From Vicinamibacterales bacterium (GTDB lineage: Bacteria; Acidobacteriota; Vicinamibacteria; Vicinamibacterales; 2-12-FULL-66-21): 29,394 bases of DNA. The notes beneath the pieces were generated by a model, which did no database searches, was not told where the DNA came from, and was given only the letters and a program-made list of their open reading frames with translations. Both the position numbers and the translations under genes were made by a program. The stretch spans positions 1 to 29,394 of the forward strand of contig DATIEW010000150.1 of NCBI GenBank assembly GCA_035455585.1, written 5' to 3'. Below are positions 15,771 to 23,705 of this stretch, one piece after another (within the stretch, counting starts at the first letter, position 1; every line of letters starts with the position of its first letter).

Positions 15771-18449
15771 CTAGTCCCCTCTCAACGCCAGTATCGGATC
15801 GATCGACGCTGCGCGTCGCGCGGGGACCCAGCCTGCCGCCAGGCCGACTGCGAGCAGTACCGCCACGATCGCGCCGCTGACGACGATATCTCCGGGCCGC
15901 ACTTCGAAAAGCAGGTCGGCCAGCAGCCGGCTCGTCCAGAAGGAGCCCGCCAGCCCCAGCGCGACTCCGATCGCCGCAGGCAGAAGCATCTGGCCGAGCA
16001 CGAGCCGGACGACAGCGGAGCGCGTGGACCCGAGCGCCATGCGTATCCCGATTTCCCGCCTGCGCTGTGAGACGTAGTACGAGAGCACACCATAGATGCC
16101 CACGGCCGCGAACGCGAGGCTGATCGCCGCGAAAACACCCAGCAGCCGCATGAACGATTGCCGCCATTCGACCGACAGTCCCACGACATCGGCCATCGTG
16201 CGAATCGAAGCTGGCGGGAGCGCGGGATCGATGCGTCGAAGCAGCTCCCGGAGCTCGCGCGCGCTGGAACCCGTCAGACTGCCGCGCGACTTCGCCACGA
16301 TCGTCATTACGGGCCACGCCGCCTGGCCGTACGGCACGAAGATCTCCGGTCCGGGTCGATCGTCGAGCCCGAAGTGGCGGACGTTGCCGGCGACGCCGAC
16401 GATCGTGAGCCAGGGGCTCCGGCTGGTGAATCCACCGATCTTCAACCGCTGCCCCACCGCGTCTTCGCCCGGCCAGTACCGGTCCGCTGCAGCACGATTG
16501 ACGATCACCGTGAGCGCTCCCTTCTGGCGATCGCCGATCGTGAAGTCCCGGCCGCCGGCAATCGGGATGCCCAGCGCGCGGAAGTAGCCCGGGCAGGACA
16601 CGCGGTAGTTTGCCGACGCCACCTCGTTCGGGGCCGGAGCCGGCCTCCCTTCGATACTGAAACTGCGTCCCGCGTTCGCGCCCGACAGCGGCAGATGGCT
16701 GACCGCCCCCACGACGGCGAACGACGATGCCGCGGCGCTGCGAGCGAGGTCCTCGCAGAACGCCGCCCGCTCGGCCGGCCCGTACGTGTCCGCCTGCGGC
16801 AGAGAGACCCGCATCGTCAGGACGTCCGCCGGATCCAGCCCTGGATCCACGTGCAGCAGGTTGGCCAGGCTCCTGACGAGCAGCCCGGCGGCGCAGAGCA
16901 CGAGGATCGCCAGCGCGATCTCGGCGGTCACGAGCGCACGATGCGGGCCCAGTGCGCTGCGAGACAGTCCGCGAACGCCTTCCTGCAGGGCGTCCTGCAA
17001 GCCCGAACGGCGAAGACCCGCGAGAGGCGCCAGCGAGAAGAACATCGCCGAGACCGTGGACGCCGCCGCGGCGAACGCCAGGATGCTCCCGTCGATGCGA
17101 ACGTTCGCCCTGCCGCGGAACCAGAACTCCAGGAGCTGCGGACCCAGAAGAGCATCGACACCGCGTGTACCGACCCATGCGAGAAGGAGACCCGCGAGCC
17201 CGCCGAGGGCGGCGAGCGCCAGACCTTCGATCAGGAGCTGGCGCGCGACTCTGCCCGTTCCGGCTCCGATCGCCATGCGAACGGCGAACTCGCGCCGCCG
17301 AACCAGCGCCTGGCCCATCTGCAGGTTTGCCACGTTCACGCACGCGATACAGAGCACGAAAGCGACCGCCCCGAACAGGACGATGAGTATCCGGCGGACG
17401 GTCTGCAGACCCATCTCGGACATCCGTGTCACGACGCCGGACTCGAATCGGTTCTCGGTGTAGGTGTCCGCGAGCTTCCTTCCGATCGCCTTGAACTCGG
17501 CCCGGGCCTGTTCGAGGCTCGTGCCGTCCTTCAGCCGGCCCGCGACGAAGAACGAGTGGGCATCGCGAGCGGCATCCTGTGGTGTGAAGGCGATGGGCAC
17601 CCAGAGACCCGTGCCCCCACGCGGGAAGACGAATCCGGCGGGCATGACGCCGATGACCTCGTTGGGCGCGTCGTTGAGCCTCAAGGTGCGGCCGATCACG
17701 TCCGGGTCGCCGCCGAACTGCGAGCGCCACACGGCCTCGCTGATCACGACGACGTGGTGGCCTGGTGCGTCCTCGTCGGGCCTGAACGTGCGGCCGAGCA
17801 CAGGTCGGATACCGAGGACATCGAACAGGCTCGACGAGGCCCGGACGCCCGCGACCTGCTCGGGCTCGTTTGCAGCCGCGATGTTGAACGTCACGAATTC
17901 CCAGATTCCCAGGCTCTCGAGCGTGGTGCTCATCCGACGCCAGTCCTCGTAGACGGGCGCCGCGACGATATATCTGCTGTCGGGGTCGTCGGGACTCCCT
18001 TCCCAGAGCAGCACGAGCCGATCGGGCTCAGGATACGGGAGCTCGTCGAACAGGACCGCCTTGAAGATGCTGAAGACGGCGGTGCACGCGCCGATGCCGA
18101 TGGCGAGTGTCAGGATGACCACGGAGGAGACCGCCGGCCGACGCCCGAAGAGGCGGCAGGCCTGCCGGACGTCGCCGCCGAGATGTGTCAGCCAGAGCCG
18201 CCGGCGGGCGGCGGCATCGAGTGGCTCGGCGCGAGCCCGTCGTCGCAGTGCGCGTGCGATGGGGGCAAGGCCTGCCAGCTCTGCGGCCGCAGCGGCCGCG
18301 GCCGTGTCCTCGCTGGCGCCGCCGGCACGCGCCGCGCGGTAGACGTCTTCGAGGTGCTGCGCCAGCTCCTCGATGGCATCGGCGTGGCGATCGGACGGCT
18401 CGCCTTCCGCGGCGAGCCGCGAGCGTACGAACGCGGACCAGTCAGGCAT
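15771..18449 (-). CDS. ADOP-type (acidobacterial duplicated orphan permease) MacB/FtsX-family ABC permease
   Basis: Start ATG 18449 (892 aa). EELAQHLED N-terminal prefix, VVILTLAIGIGACTAVFS, LCIACVNVANLQ...RRREFAVRMAIGAG, SQRRREIGIRMALG, RAASIDPILALRGD. Confidence 0.93.
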   Translation of the reverse strand: MPDWSAFVRSRLAAEGEPSDRHADAIEELAQHLEDVYRAARAGGASEDTAAAAAAAELAGLAPIARALRRRARAEPLDAAARRRLWLTHLGGDVRQACRLFGRRPAVSSVVILTLAIGIGACTAVFSIFKAVLFDELPYPEPDRLVLLWEGSPDDPDSRYIVAAPVYEDWRRMSTTLESLGIWEFVTFNIAAANEPEQVAGVRASSSLFDVLGIRPVLGRTFRPDEDAPGHHVVVISEAVWRSQFGGDPDVIGRTLRLNDAPNEVIGVMPAGFVFPRGGTGLWVPIAFTPQDAARDAHSFFVAGRLKDGTSLEQARAEFKAIGRKLADTYTENRFESGVVTRMSEMGLQTVRRILIVLFGAVAFVLCIACVNVANLQMGQALVRRREFAVRMAIGAGTGRVARQLLIEGLALAALGGLAGLLLAWVGTRGVDALLGPQLLEFWFRGRANVRIDGSILAFAAAASTVSAMFFSLAPLAGLRRSGLQDALQEGVRGLSRSALGPHRALVTAEIALAILVLCAAGLLVRSLANLLHVDPGLDPADVLTMRVSLPQADTYGPAERAAFCEDLARSAAASSFAVVGAVSHLPLSGANAGRSFSIEGRPAPAPNEVASANYRVSCPGYFRALGIPIAGGRDFTIGDRQKGALTVIVNRAAADRYWPGEDAVGQRLKIGGFTSRSPWLTIVGVAGNVRHFGLDDRPGPEIFVPYGQAAWPVMTIVAKSRGSLTGSSARELRELLRRIDPALPPASIRTMADVVGLSVEWRQSFMRLLGVFAAISLAFAAVGIYGVLSYYVSQRRREIGIRMALGSTRSAVVRLVLGQMLLPAAIGVALGLAGSFWTSRLLADLLFEVRPGDIVVSGAIVAVLLAVGLAAGWVPARRAASIDPILALRGD

Positions 18450-18786
18450 GGCGGAGGCCTGCCGCGCGCGACAGCGCACGAAGAAAGGCCGACCATCGCG
18501 TGCGCTGACCGGCCAGCGCGGTGCGGCCCTCCGCGGTCAGGCGATAGCACCGGCGCCGGCGCTGGCCCGCCGACTGGCGCCAGCGTCCTTCGATCCAGCC
18601 CCGACCCTCCAGCCGGTAGAGGAGCGGGTAGAGAGAAGCTGCCCGGAACGTCAGCACGCCGCCGGATCGATCGGCAATCGCGCGACAGATGTCGTAGCCG
18701 TGGAGCTCGCCGCGTTCGAGGCATGCGAGGATGAGCAGCTCGGCGCTTCCCTTGCGGGCCGCGGCGTCGGTGATGGGGTCGGTCAT
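18442..18786 (-). CDS. PadR-family transcriptional regulator (acidobacterial ADOP-associated type)
   Basis: 114 aa: RKGSAELLILACLERGELHGYDICRAI...SLYPLLYRLEGRGWI...RRRCYRLTAEGR. Its stop overlaps the ADOP start (ATGCCTGA), suggesting translational coupling. Confidence 0.95.
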   Translation of the reverse strand: MTDPITDAAARKGSAELLILACLERGELHGYDICRAIADRSGGVLTFRAASLYPLLYRLEGRGWIEGRWRQSAGQRRRRCYRLTAEGRTALAGQRTRWSAFLRALSRAAGLRHA

Positions 18787-18810
18787 ATATATGTGTCATA
18801 TATATATGAC
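18782..18810. promoter_or_regulatory. AT-rich palindromic operator candidate overlapping the padR start
   Basis: Perfect 16-bp palindrome GTCATATATATATGAC (18795-18810) preceded by the near-copy GTCATATATATGTG (18782-18795), in a roughly 70% GC background. Confidence 0.65.
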
Positions 18811-18914
18811 TGATGAAGTCAGCGGTCAAGCGGGCGGCCCTGCGGAGGTCGGACTGGCAGACCTGCCGGAACCTGGGACAAGATACCCTGTCGGGCGAAG
18901 GGAGAGAACCGGCG

Positions 18915-21110
18915 ATGATGCTTCCGCGATCCTTCGAGAGAGCTGCCATTGGACTACTCCTGATCGGCATATGTGGAGCGGCGCACGCGCAGACCGGGCG
19001 TCCCCGTGTCGGGGTGGCGTTCGGCGGCGGCAGCGCCAGGGGCATCGCGCACATCGGCGTCATCCGGTGGTTCGAGGAGCATCGCGTCCCGATCGATCTG
19101 GCCGCGGGCACGAGCATGGGCGGGCTGGTCGGCGGCGGCTTCGCCGCGGGGATGTCCGCCGACGAGCTGCAGCACCTGATCGAGACCACCGACTGGGACA
19201 TGATGTTCGGCAGCTCGTCGTTCCCCTTCAAGAACGTGCGCAGGAAGCTCGACGCGCGGCTCTACCCGTCGCGGCTCGAGTTCGGGCTCAAGCGGGGGAT
19301 CGTGCTGCCAACCTCGCTCAACAACGGCCAGCAGGTGGATTTCCTGCTGGCGCGGATTGCCGCGGCGTACTACGGGATCGATCATTTCGACGAACTGCCT
19401 ACGCCATTCCGCACCGTGGCGGTCGATCTCCGCACGGCGCAGCGCGTGGTGCTCGACAGCGGTTCGCTGGCGCAGGCGATGCGGGCGACCATGTCGCTGC
19501 CGGGGGTGTTTCCGCCAGTCGAGGTGGACGGGCAGGTGCTCGTCGATGGCGGCGCGCTCGACAACATTCCCGCGGACGTCGTTCGCGACATGGGCGCCGA
19601 CGTCGTGATCGCCGTGGACGTCGGCTACCTGCCGGAGGAGGAAGTCGAGCTTTCCCTCTTCGGGCTGATGAGCCGGACGGTCGATGCGATGATGCGTGCG
19701 AACACGGCCCGGGCGCTGCAGGCCGCCGATACGATCATCGCCGTGGACGTGCAGGAATTCGGCTCACTGGACTGGCGCCGCGCCGACGCGCTCATCCAGC
19801 GGGGATACGAGGCGGCCGAGCGCCATCGCGACGACCTGCTGCGGCTGGCCGTCGGCGAGGCGGACTGGCAGGCCTGGGTGGCCGCGCGCGCGGGCCGGCG
19901 GCGCCAGACGATTCCAGCGCCGCAGTCGATCTCCACGGCGGGCATCGTTCAGGCCGACGCCGCGCTGGTCCGCCGGACGCTCGCGCGTCATCTCGACCGA
20001 GAACTGAACCTCCCTGAGCTCGAGACGGATCTGGCGACGCTCTCCGGCCTCGACCGGTATCAGACCATCGGCTGGCAGATCATCGGCACGCCCGGCCGCG
20101 AGGGGCTCCTCCTGCACGCGAGCGAGAAGCCGTACGCGCCGCCCTTCCTCATGCTCGGCTTGAACCTCGAGAACACGACCTCGGACAGCTTCCGGGTCCA
20201 GCTCGCAGGGCGCTACCTGGCGTTCGACACGCTGGGCTCCGGGTCGGAGCTGCGAGTGGATGCTACCATCGGGTCCGATCCCTCCGCCGGCATCTCGCTC
20301 TACCGTCCCATACGCCGCAGCCGCGTGTTCGTCAGGCCGTTCGGCGTCGCGGAGACCAGCACACTCAACCTCATCGAGGACGACCTCGTCATTGCGGAGT
20401 ACCGCGAAACGCGTTTGTACGCGGGGGCCGAGATCGGCGTGAACCTGTCGCGCCTGACGGAGCTTGCCGGTGGCATTCGCGCCGGCCGCCTGGACGCGAC
20501 CGTCCGCGCGGGCGACCCGGATTTGCCGGAGCTCTCGGGGGGCGAAGCCCTGCTCCGGCTGCGGTTCATCCATGACGGCCACGACAGCCCCGTCGTGCCA
20601 TCTTCCCGCACGCGTGCGCTAGTGACGTTCGTGCATTATCTGCAGTCGCCCGACGCGGAGGGCGTTACCAGGACGAACGACGGCGTCAGTCAGCTCGAGG
20701 GCAGCGCCGCGACGTTCTGGACCTGGCGCAGGCAGAACCGGCTGTTCACGGTGGCTTCCGGGGGCACCTCGTTCGACGGCCGGCCAATCTCCCAGTTCCT
20801 GCTCGGCTACCCGTTCCGCCTCGACGCCTTCAGCCTGGGCGAACGGCGCGGCGATCACTACGCCGTGCTGACGCTCGGGTTCCTCCATCAGGTCGCGCGT
20901 CTTCCTGATTTCCTCGGAGGTCCGTTCTACGTCGGCACGTGGCTGCAGAACGGCTCGGCCTTCAACACGGACGAGGACGCGGACATCAATTCGCATGCTG
21001 CCTTCGGCGTCGTCGCCGACACGCTGCTCGGCCCGGTCGTCGCCGGAGCGAGCGTCGGCTTCGATGGCGGCTGGCGGACGTTCGTCGGCATCGGACGAGT
21101 GCTCCGCTGA
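18915..21110 (+). CDS. Patatin-like phospholipase fused to a predicted POTRA/outer-membrane beta-barrel (PlpD-like, type Vd)
   Basis: Start ATG 18915 (GGAGAG SD; 731 aa). Signal peptide ending AAHA-Q, oxyanion GGGSARG, nucleophile GTSMG, catalytic DGG. C-terminal about 330 aa of alternating beta-strand pattern ending TFVGIGRVLR. Confidence 0.88.
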   Translation: MMLPRSFERAAIGLLLIGICGAAHAQTGRPRVGVAFGGGSARGIAHIGVIRWFEEHRVPIDLAAGTSMGGLVGGGFAAGMSADELQHLIETTDWDMMFGSSSFPFKNVRRKLDARLYPSRLEFGLKRGIVLPTSLNNGQQVDFLLARIAAAYYGIDHFDELPTPFRTVAVDLRTAQRVVLDSGSLAQAMRATMSLPGVFPPVEVDGQVLVDGGALDNIPADVVRDMGADVVIAVDVGYLPEEEVELSLFGLMSRTVDAMMRANTARALQAADTIIAVDVQEFGSLDWRRADALIQRGYEAAERHRDDLLRLAVGEADWQAWVAARAGRRRQTIPAPQSISTAGIVQADAALVRRTLARHLDRELNLPELETDLATLSGLDRYQTIGWQIIGTPGREGLLLHASEKPYAPPFLMLGLNLENTTSDSFRVQLAGRYLAFDTLGSGSELRVDATIGSDPSAGISLYRPIRRSRVFVRPFGVAETSTLNLIEDDLVIAEYRETRLYAGAEIGVNLSRLTELAGGIRAGRLDATVRAGDPDLPELSGGEALLRLRFIHDGHDSPVVPSSRTRALVTFVHYLQSPDAEGVTRTNDGVSQLEGSAATFWTWRRQNRLFTVASGGTSFDGRPISQFLLGYPFRLDAFSLGERRGDHYAVLTLGFLHQVARLPDFLGGPFYVGTWLQNGSAFNTDEDADINSHAAFGVVADTLLGPVVAGASVGFDGGWRTFVGIGRVLR

Positions 21111-21252
21111 TCGCGGGTCAGAACACTGCCCTGAGGCCGAGCCGGGTCTGGCTGGCCGAGTGACGTGACGGTGCTGATGACCCGGCCGAAAGTGGCGGCC
21201 GGCGTGTGATAGAGAATCTTCGGTTCGTGAACCGTTTCAGGAGTCGCATTCG

Positions 21253-21462
21253 ATGCGGATACTGCTCGGCGCCGCGATCGCCGCGCTGTACGTCCTGCAC
21301 CAGGACGTCTGGTTCTGGGATCGCGCGCGCCCGCTGGTCTTCGGTTTCCTCCCGATCGGGCTCGCCTATCACGGCGCATTCTGTCTGGCGGCGTCGCTCC
21401 TCATGTGGTGGCTGACGCGAAGCGCCTGGCCCGGGCACCTCGAGGAGGACCAGCGCCGTTGA
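21253..21462 (+). CDS. Small 2-TM membrane protein (DUF3311-like), symporter-associated
   Basis: 69 aa: [29 protein letters not shown]. Its stop overlaps the TTG start of the symporter (TTGA). Confidence 0.85.
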   Translation: MRILLGAAIAALYVLHQDVWFWDRARPLVFGFLPIGLAYHGAFCLAASLLMWWLTRSAWPGHLEEDQRR

Positions 21463-23009
21463 TACCCGCTGCGATCGTCTTCGGCTATCTCGCCATCGTC
21501 CTCTACATCGGCATTTTCGCGTTCCGGCACCGCGGACCACGGGAGGGAGCGGAGGACTACTTCCTGGCCGGCCGATCGCTCGGGCCAGTAGTGTTCCTGC
21601 TGTCGCTCTTCGGCACGAACATGACGGCCTTCACGATCCTCGGATCCGCCGGGCACGCCTTCTCGAACGGCATCGTGACGTTCGGCCTGATGGCGTCCGC
21701 ATCCGCGTTCGTGATTCCGCTGACGCTCTTCTTCATCGGGACGCGGATGTGGGCGCTCGGCAAGCGGCACGGCTTCATGACGCCGGTCCAGATGTTCCGC
21801 CACCGCTGGGAGTGCGGGCACATCGGCACGGTCATCTTCGCGGTCCAGGCCGCGCTGCTCGTGCCCTACATCATCATCGGCGTCATGGGCGGCGGAACGG
21901 CGCTCAGGGCGACGAGCGGCGGCGTCATCCCGTACTGGTTCGGCGGCGCCGTCGTGGCGCTCGTGGTGATGAGCTACGTGTTCTTCGGCGGGATGCGCGG
22001 AACCGCCTGGGTCAATACGTTCCAGACGGTGCTGTTCCTGTCGTTCGGCGCGCTCGCGCTCGTGGTGATTGGAAGCGGGATGGGCGGTTTCCCGACCGCC
22101 GTCGAGTCGCTGATCGACTCGCCCTCCTCGGCGCACCTGCTGACGCGCGAGCGCATCTCGCCGCTCTACTTCTTCAGCTACACGTTCATCCCGCTGTCGA
22201 CGATCGCGTTTCCGCACATCACGATCTTCTGCCTCACCGCGCGGCGGATGGGCCAGTTCAGGCGGACGGTGATCTTCTACCCGCTCTGCATCCTCGCCAT
22301 ATGGCTGCCATGCGTGTTCCTGGGCGTCGCCGCCAACGCGCTCGGCGATGTCCCGGCGATCGAACGAAAGCTCGCGGCGCGCCAGAAGCTGGCGGCCGCG
22401 CCGCCGTCGATGCCGGTCGACGAGCGCACGGCGCTCCAGCGTCAGGCGTCGGGCGACGACGTCATCCCGATCATGCTGGACACCTTTGCGCCGCTGTGGC
22501 TCGCGGGGGTTCTCGGCGCGGGCATCATGGCCGCGGTCATGGCCAGCGACTCGCAGATCCTCGCGCTGTCGACGATGTTCACCGAGGACGTGTTCGCCTA
22601 TTACGGCGCCAAGGCGCGCTTCGGCGAGGCCGCGCAGGTGCACACGGGCAGGCTCTTCGTCGTGATCCTCACGGTCGTCGCGTACACGATCGCGCTCCAG
22701 GTGCCGCCGGGAATCTTCAACCTGGCGGTGCAGTACGCCTTCTCCGGCTATGCGGCGCTGTCGCCGCTCCTCGTGGCTGCGCTCTTCTGGAACCGGAGCA
22801 CGAAGTGGGGCGCGCTGGCCGTCGCGCTGTGGACGGCGTGTGCGGTGATCTACACGGCGCGGGTGCCCGGCGCCCTCGCCTGGCTCGGGCTCCTGCCGGT
22901 CGTGCCGATGACGCTCGTTTCGTGCGTGCTGATGGTCGTCGTGTCGCTGCTGACGCGCCCGCCCTCGGCGGAGACGATCGGTCACTACGGCCTGCGGCGT
23001 CCGGCCTAG
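21459..23009 (+). CDS. Sodium:solute symporter family (SSS) protein
   Basis: Start TTG 21459 (GAGGAGG SD; 516 aa). [60 protein letters not shown]. Confidence 0.94.
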   Translation: MIPAAIVFGYLAIVLYIGIFAFRHRGPREGAEDYFLAGRSLGPVVFLLSLFGTNMTAFTILGSAGHAFSNGIVTFGLMASASAFVIPLTLFFIGTRMWALGKRHGFMTPVQMFRHRWECGHIGTVIFAVQAALLVPYIIIGVMGGGTALRATSGGVIPYWFGGAVVALVVMSYVFFGGMRGTAWVNTFQTVLFLSFGALALVVIGSGMGGFPTAVESLIDSPSSAHLLTRERISPLYFFSYTFIPLSTIAFPHITIFCLTARRMGQFRRTVIFYPLCILAIWLPCVFLGVAANALGDVPAIERKLAARQKLAAAPPSMPVDERTALQRQASGDDVIPIMLDTFAPLWLAGVLGAGIMAAVMASDSQILALSTMFTEDVFAYYGAKARFGEAAQVHTGRLFVVILTVVAYTIALQVPPGIFNLAVQYAFSGYAALSPLLVAALFWNRSTKWGALAVALWTACAVIYTARVPGALAWLGLLPVVPMTLVSCVLMVVVSLLTRPPSAETIGHYGLRRPA

Positions 23010-23016
23010 TGTGGTG

Positions 23017-23074
23017 TCAACGCCAACTTCCAACTCCCAACCTGGGGGATTGGGAGTTGGAAGTTGGGAGTTGA
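23017..23074. terminator. Perfect 18-bp hairpin built from inverted GGGAGTT-type heptamers between convergent genes
   Basis: CCAACTTCCAACTCCCAA (23023-23040) and TTGGGAGTTGGAAGTTGG (23050-23067) with a 9-nt loop. Lies between stops at 23009 and 23082. Confidence 0.65.
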
Positions 23075-23081
23075 GCCGGTC

Positions 23082-23654
23082 CTACTTCCGACGCGCGTAG
23101 GTGATGCGCATCATCTGCATCTCCTTGCCGTCCGGTCCGGGGGCGTACATCGTCATCACCCGCTTCCCCTCCTGCGGCGTCTCGGAGACGGTTCGCGACT
23201 TCATCAGGTTGCCTGTCGCGTCGCGGCCCTCCATCCAGCCGGTCATCTTCTTCGACGCCGGATCCCACGTGCTTTCGCCGACGGCGATTCCCTGCGACAG
23301 AGAGTCGGTCCAGCTCCCGACGTATTTCTTCTTCCCGGGATCCCAGGCGGCGACCCCGTGGCCGTGGAAGGGCACGCCGGGCATCGCCTCGCCCTTGAAG
23401 TCCGAAATCAGGCATAGCCCGCCGCACCCGATCGTGTTGACCTCGACTCCCTTCGTCGTCACGGGCGTCGCGCCCGGTCCGGGAACGACCTCGATGATCG
23501 CATCCCAGGTGCCCTCGTCCATCTTCAGGATGGCATGCTCTGGACCGGGCTTCGGCTGCGGCGGGGGTTGCGTCGCGCGCGCGGGCGCGGCGGCGATGGC
23601 GAAAGCGGTCAGCGCGGCGAATGGGATTGCTGCGGCGATTCTCGACAGCCTCAT
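23082..23654 (-). CDS. Exported DUF1579-family protein
   Basis: Start ATG 23654 (GAGGAGG SD; 190 aa). Signal peptide, PKPGPEHAILKMDEGTW, FHGHGVAAWDPGKKKYVGSWTDS, MYAPGPDGKEMQMMRITYAR. Confidence 0.85.
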   Translation of the reverse strand: MRLSRIAAAIPFAALTAFAIAAAPARATQPPPQPKPGPEHAILKMDEGTWDAIIEVVPGPGATPVTTKGVEVNTIGCGGLCLISDFKGEAMPGVPFHGHGVAAWDPGKKKYVGSWTDSLSQGIAVGESTWDPASKKMTGWMEGRDATGNLMKSRTVSETPQEGKRVMTMYAPGPDGKEMQMMRITYARRK

Positions 23655-23680
23655 GGAGTTCCTCCTCATGGTGGCCCTGT

Positions 23681-23686
23681 ACTATA
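23681..23686 (-). promoter_or_regulatory. Candidate -10 hexamer (TATAGT) for the DUF1579 gene
   Basis: Minus-strand TATAGT lies about 26 nt upstream of ATG 23654. Confidence 0.45.
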
Positions 23687-23705
23687 ACGCCTCGGCACCC
23701 GGCAT

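Noticed and set aside
21174-21191. Hammerhead-like CTGATGA...GAAA (also CTGATGA at 18810)
   Set aside because: The 7 nt between the motifs (CCCGGCC) cannot form stem II. At 18810 no GAAA follows the possible AGTC/GACT stem.
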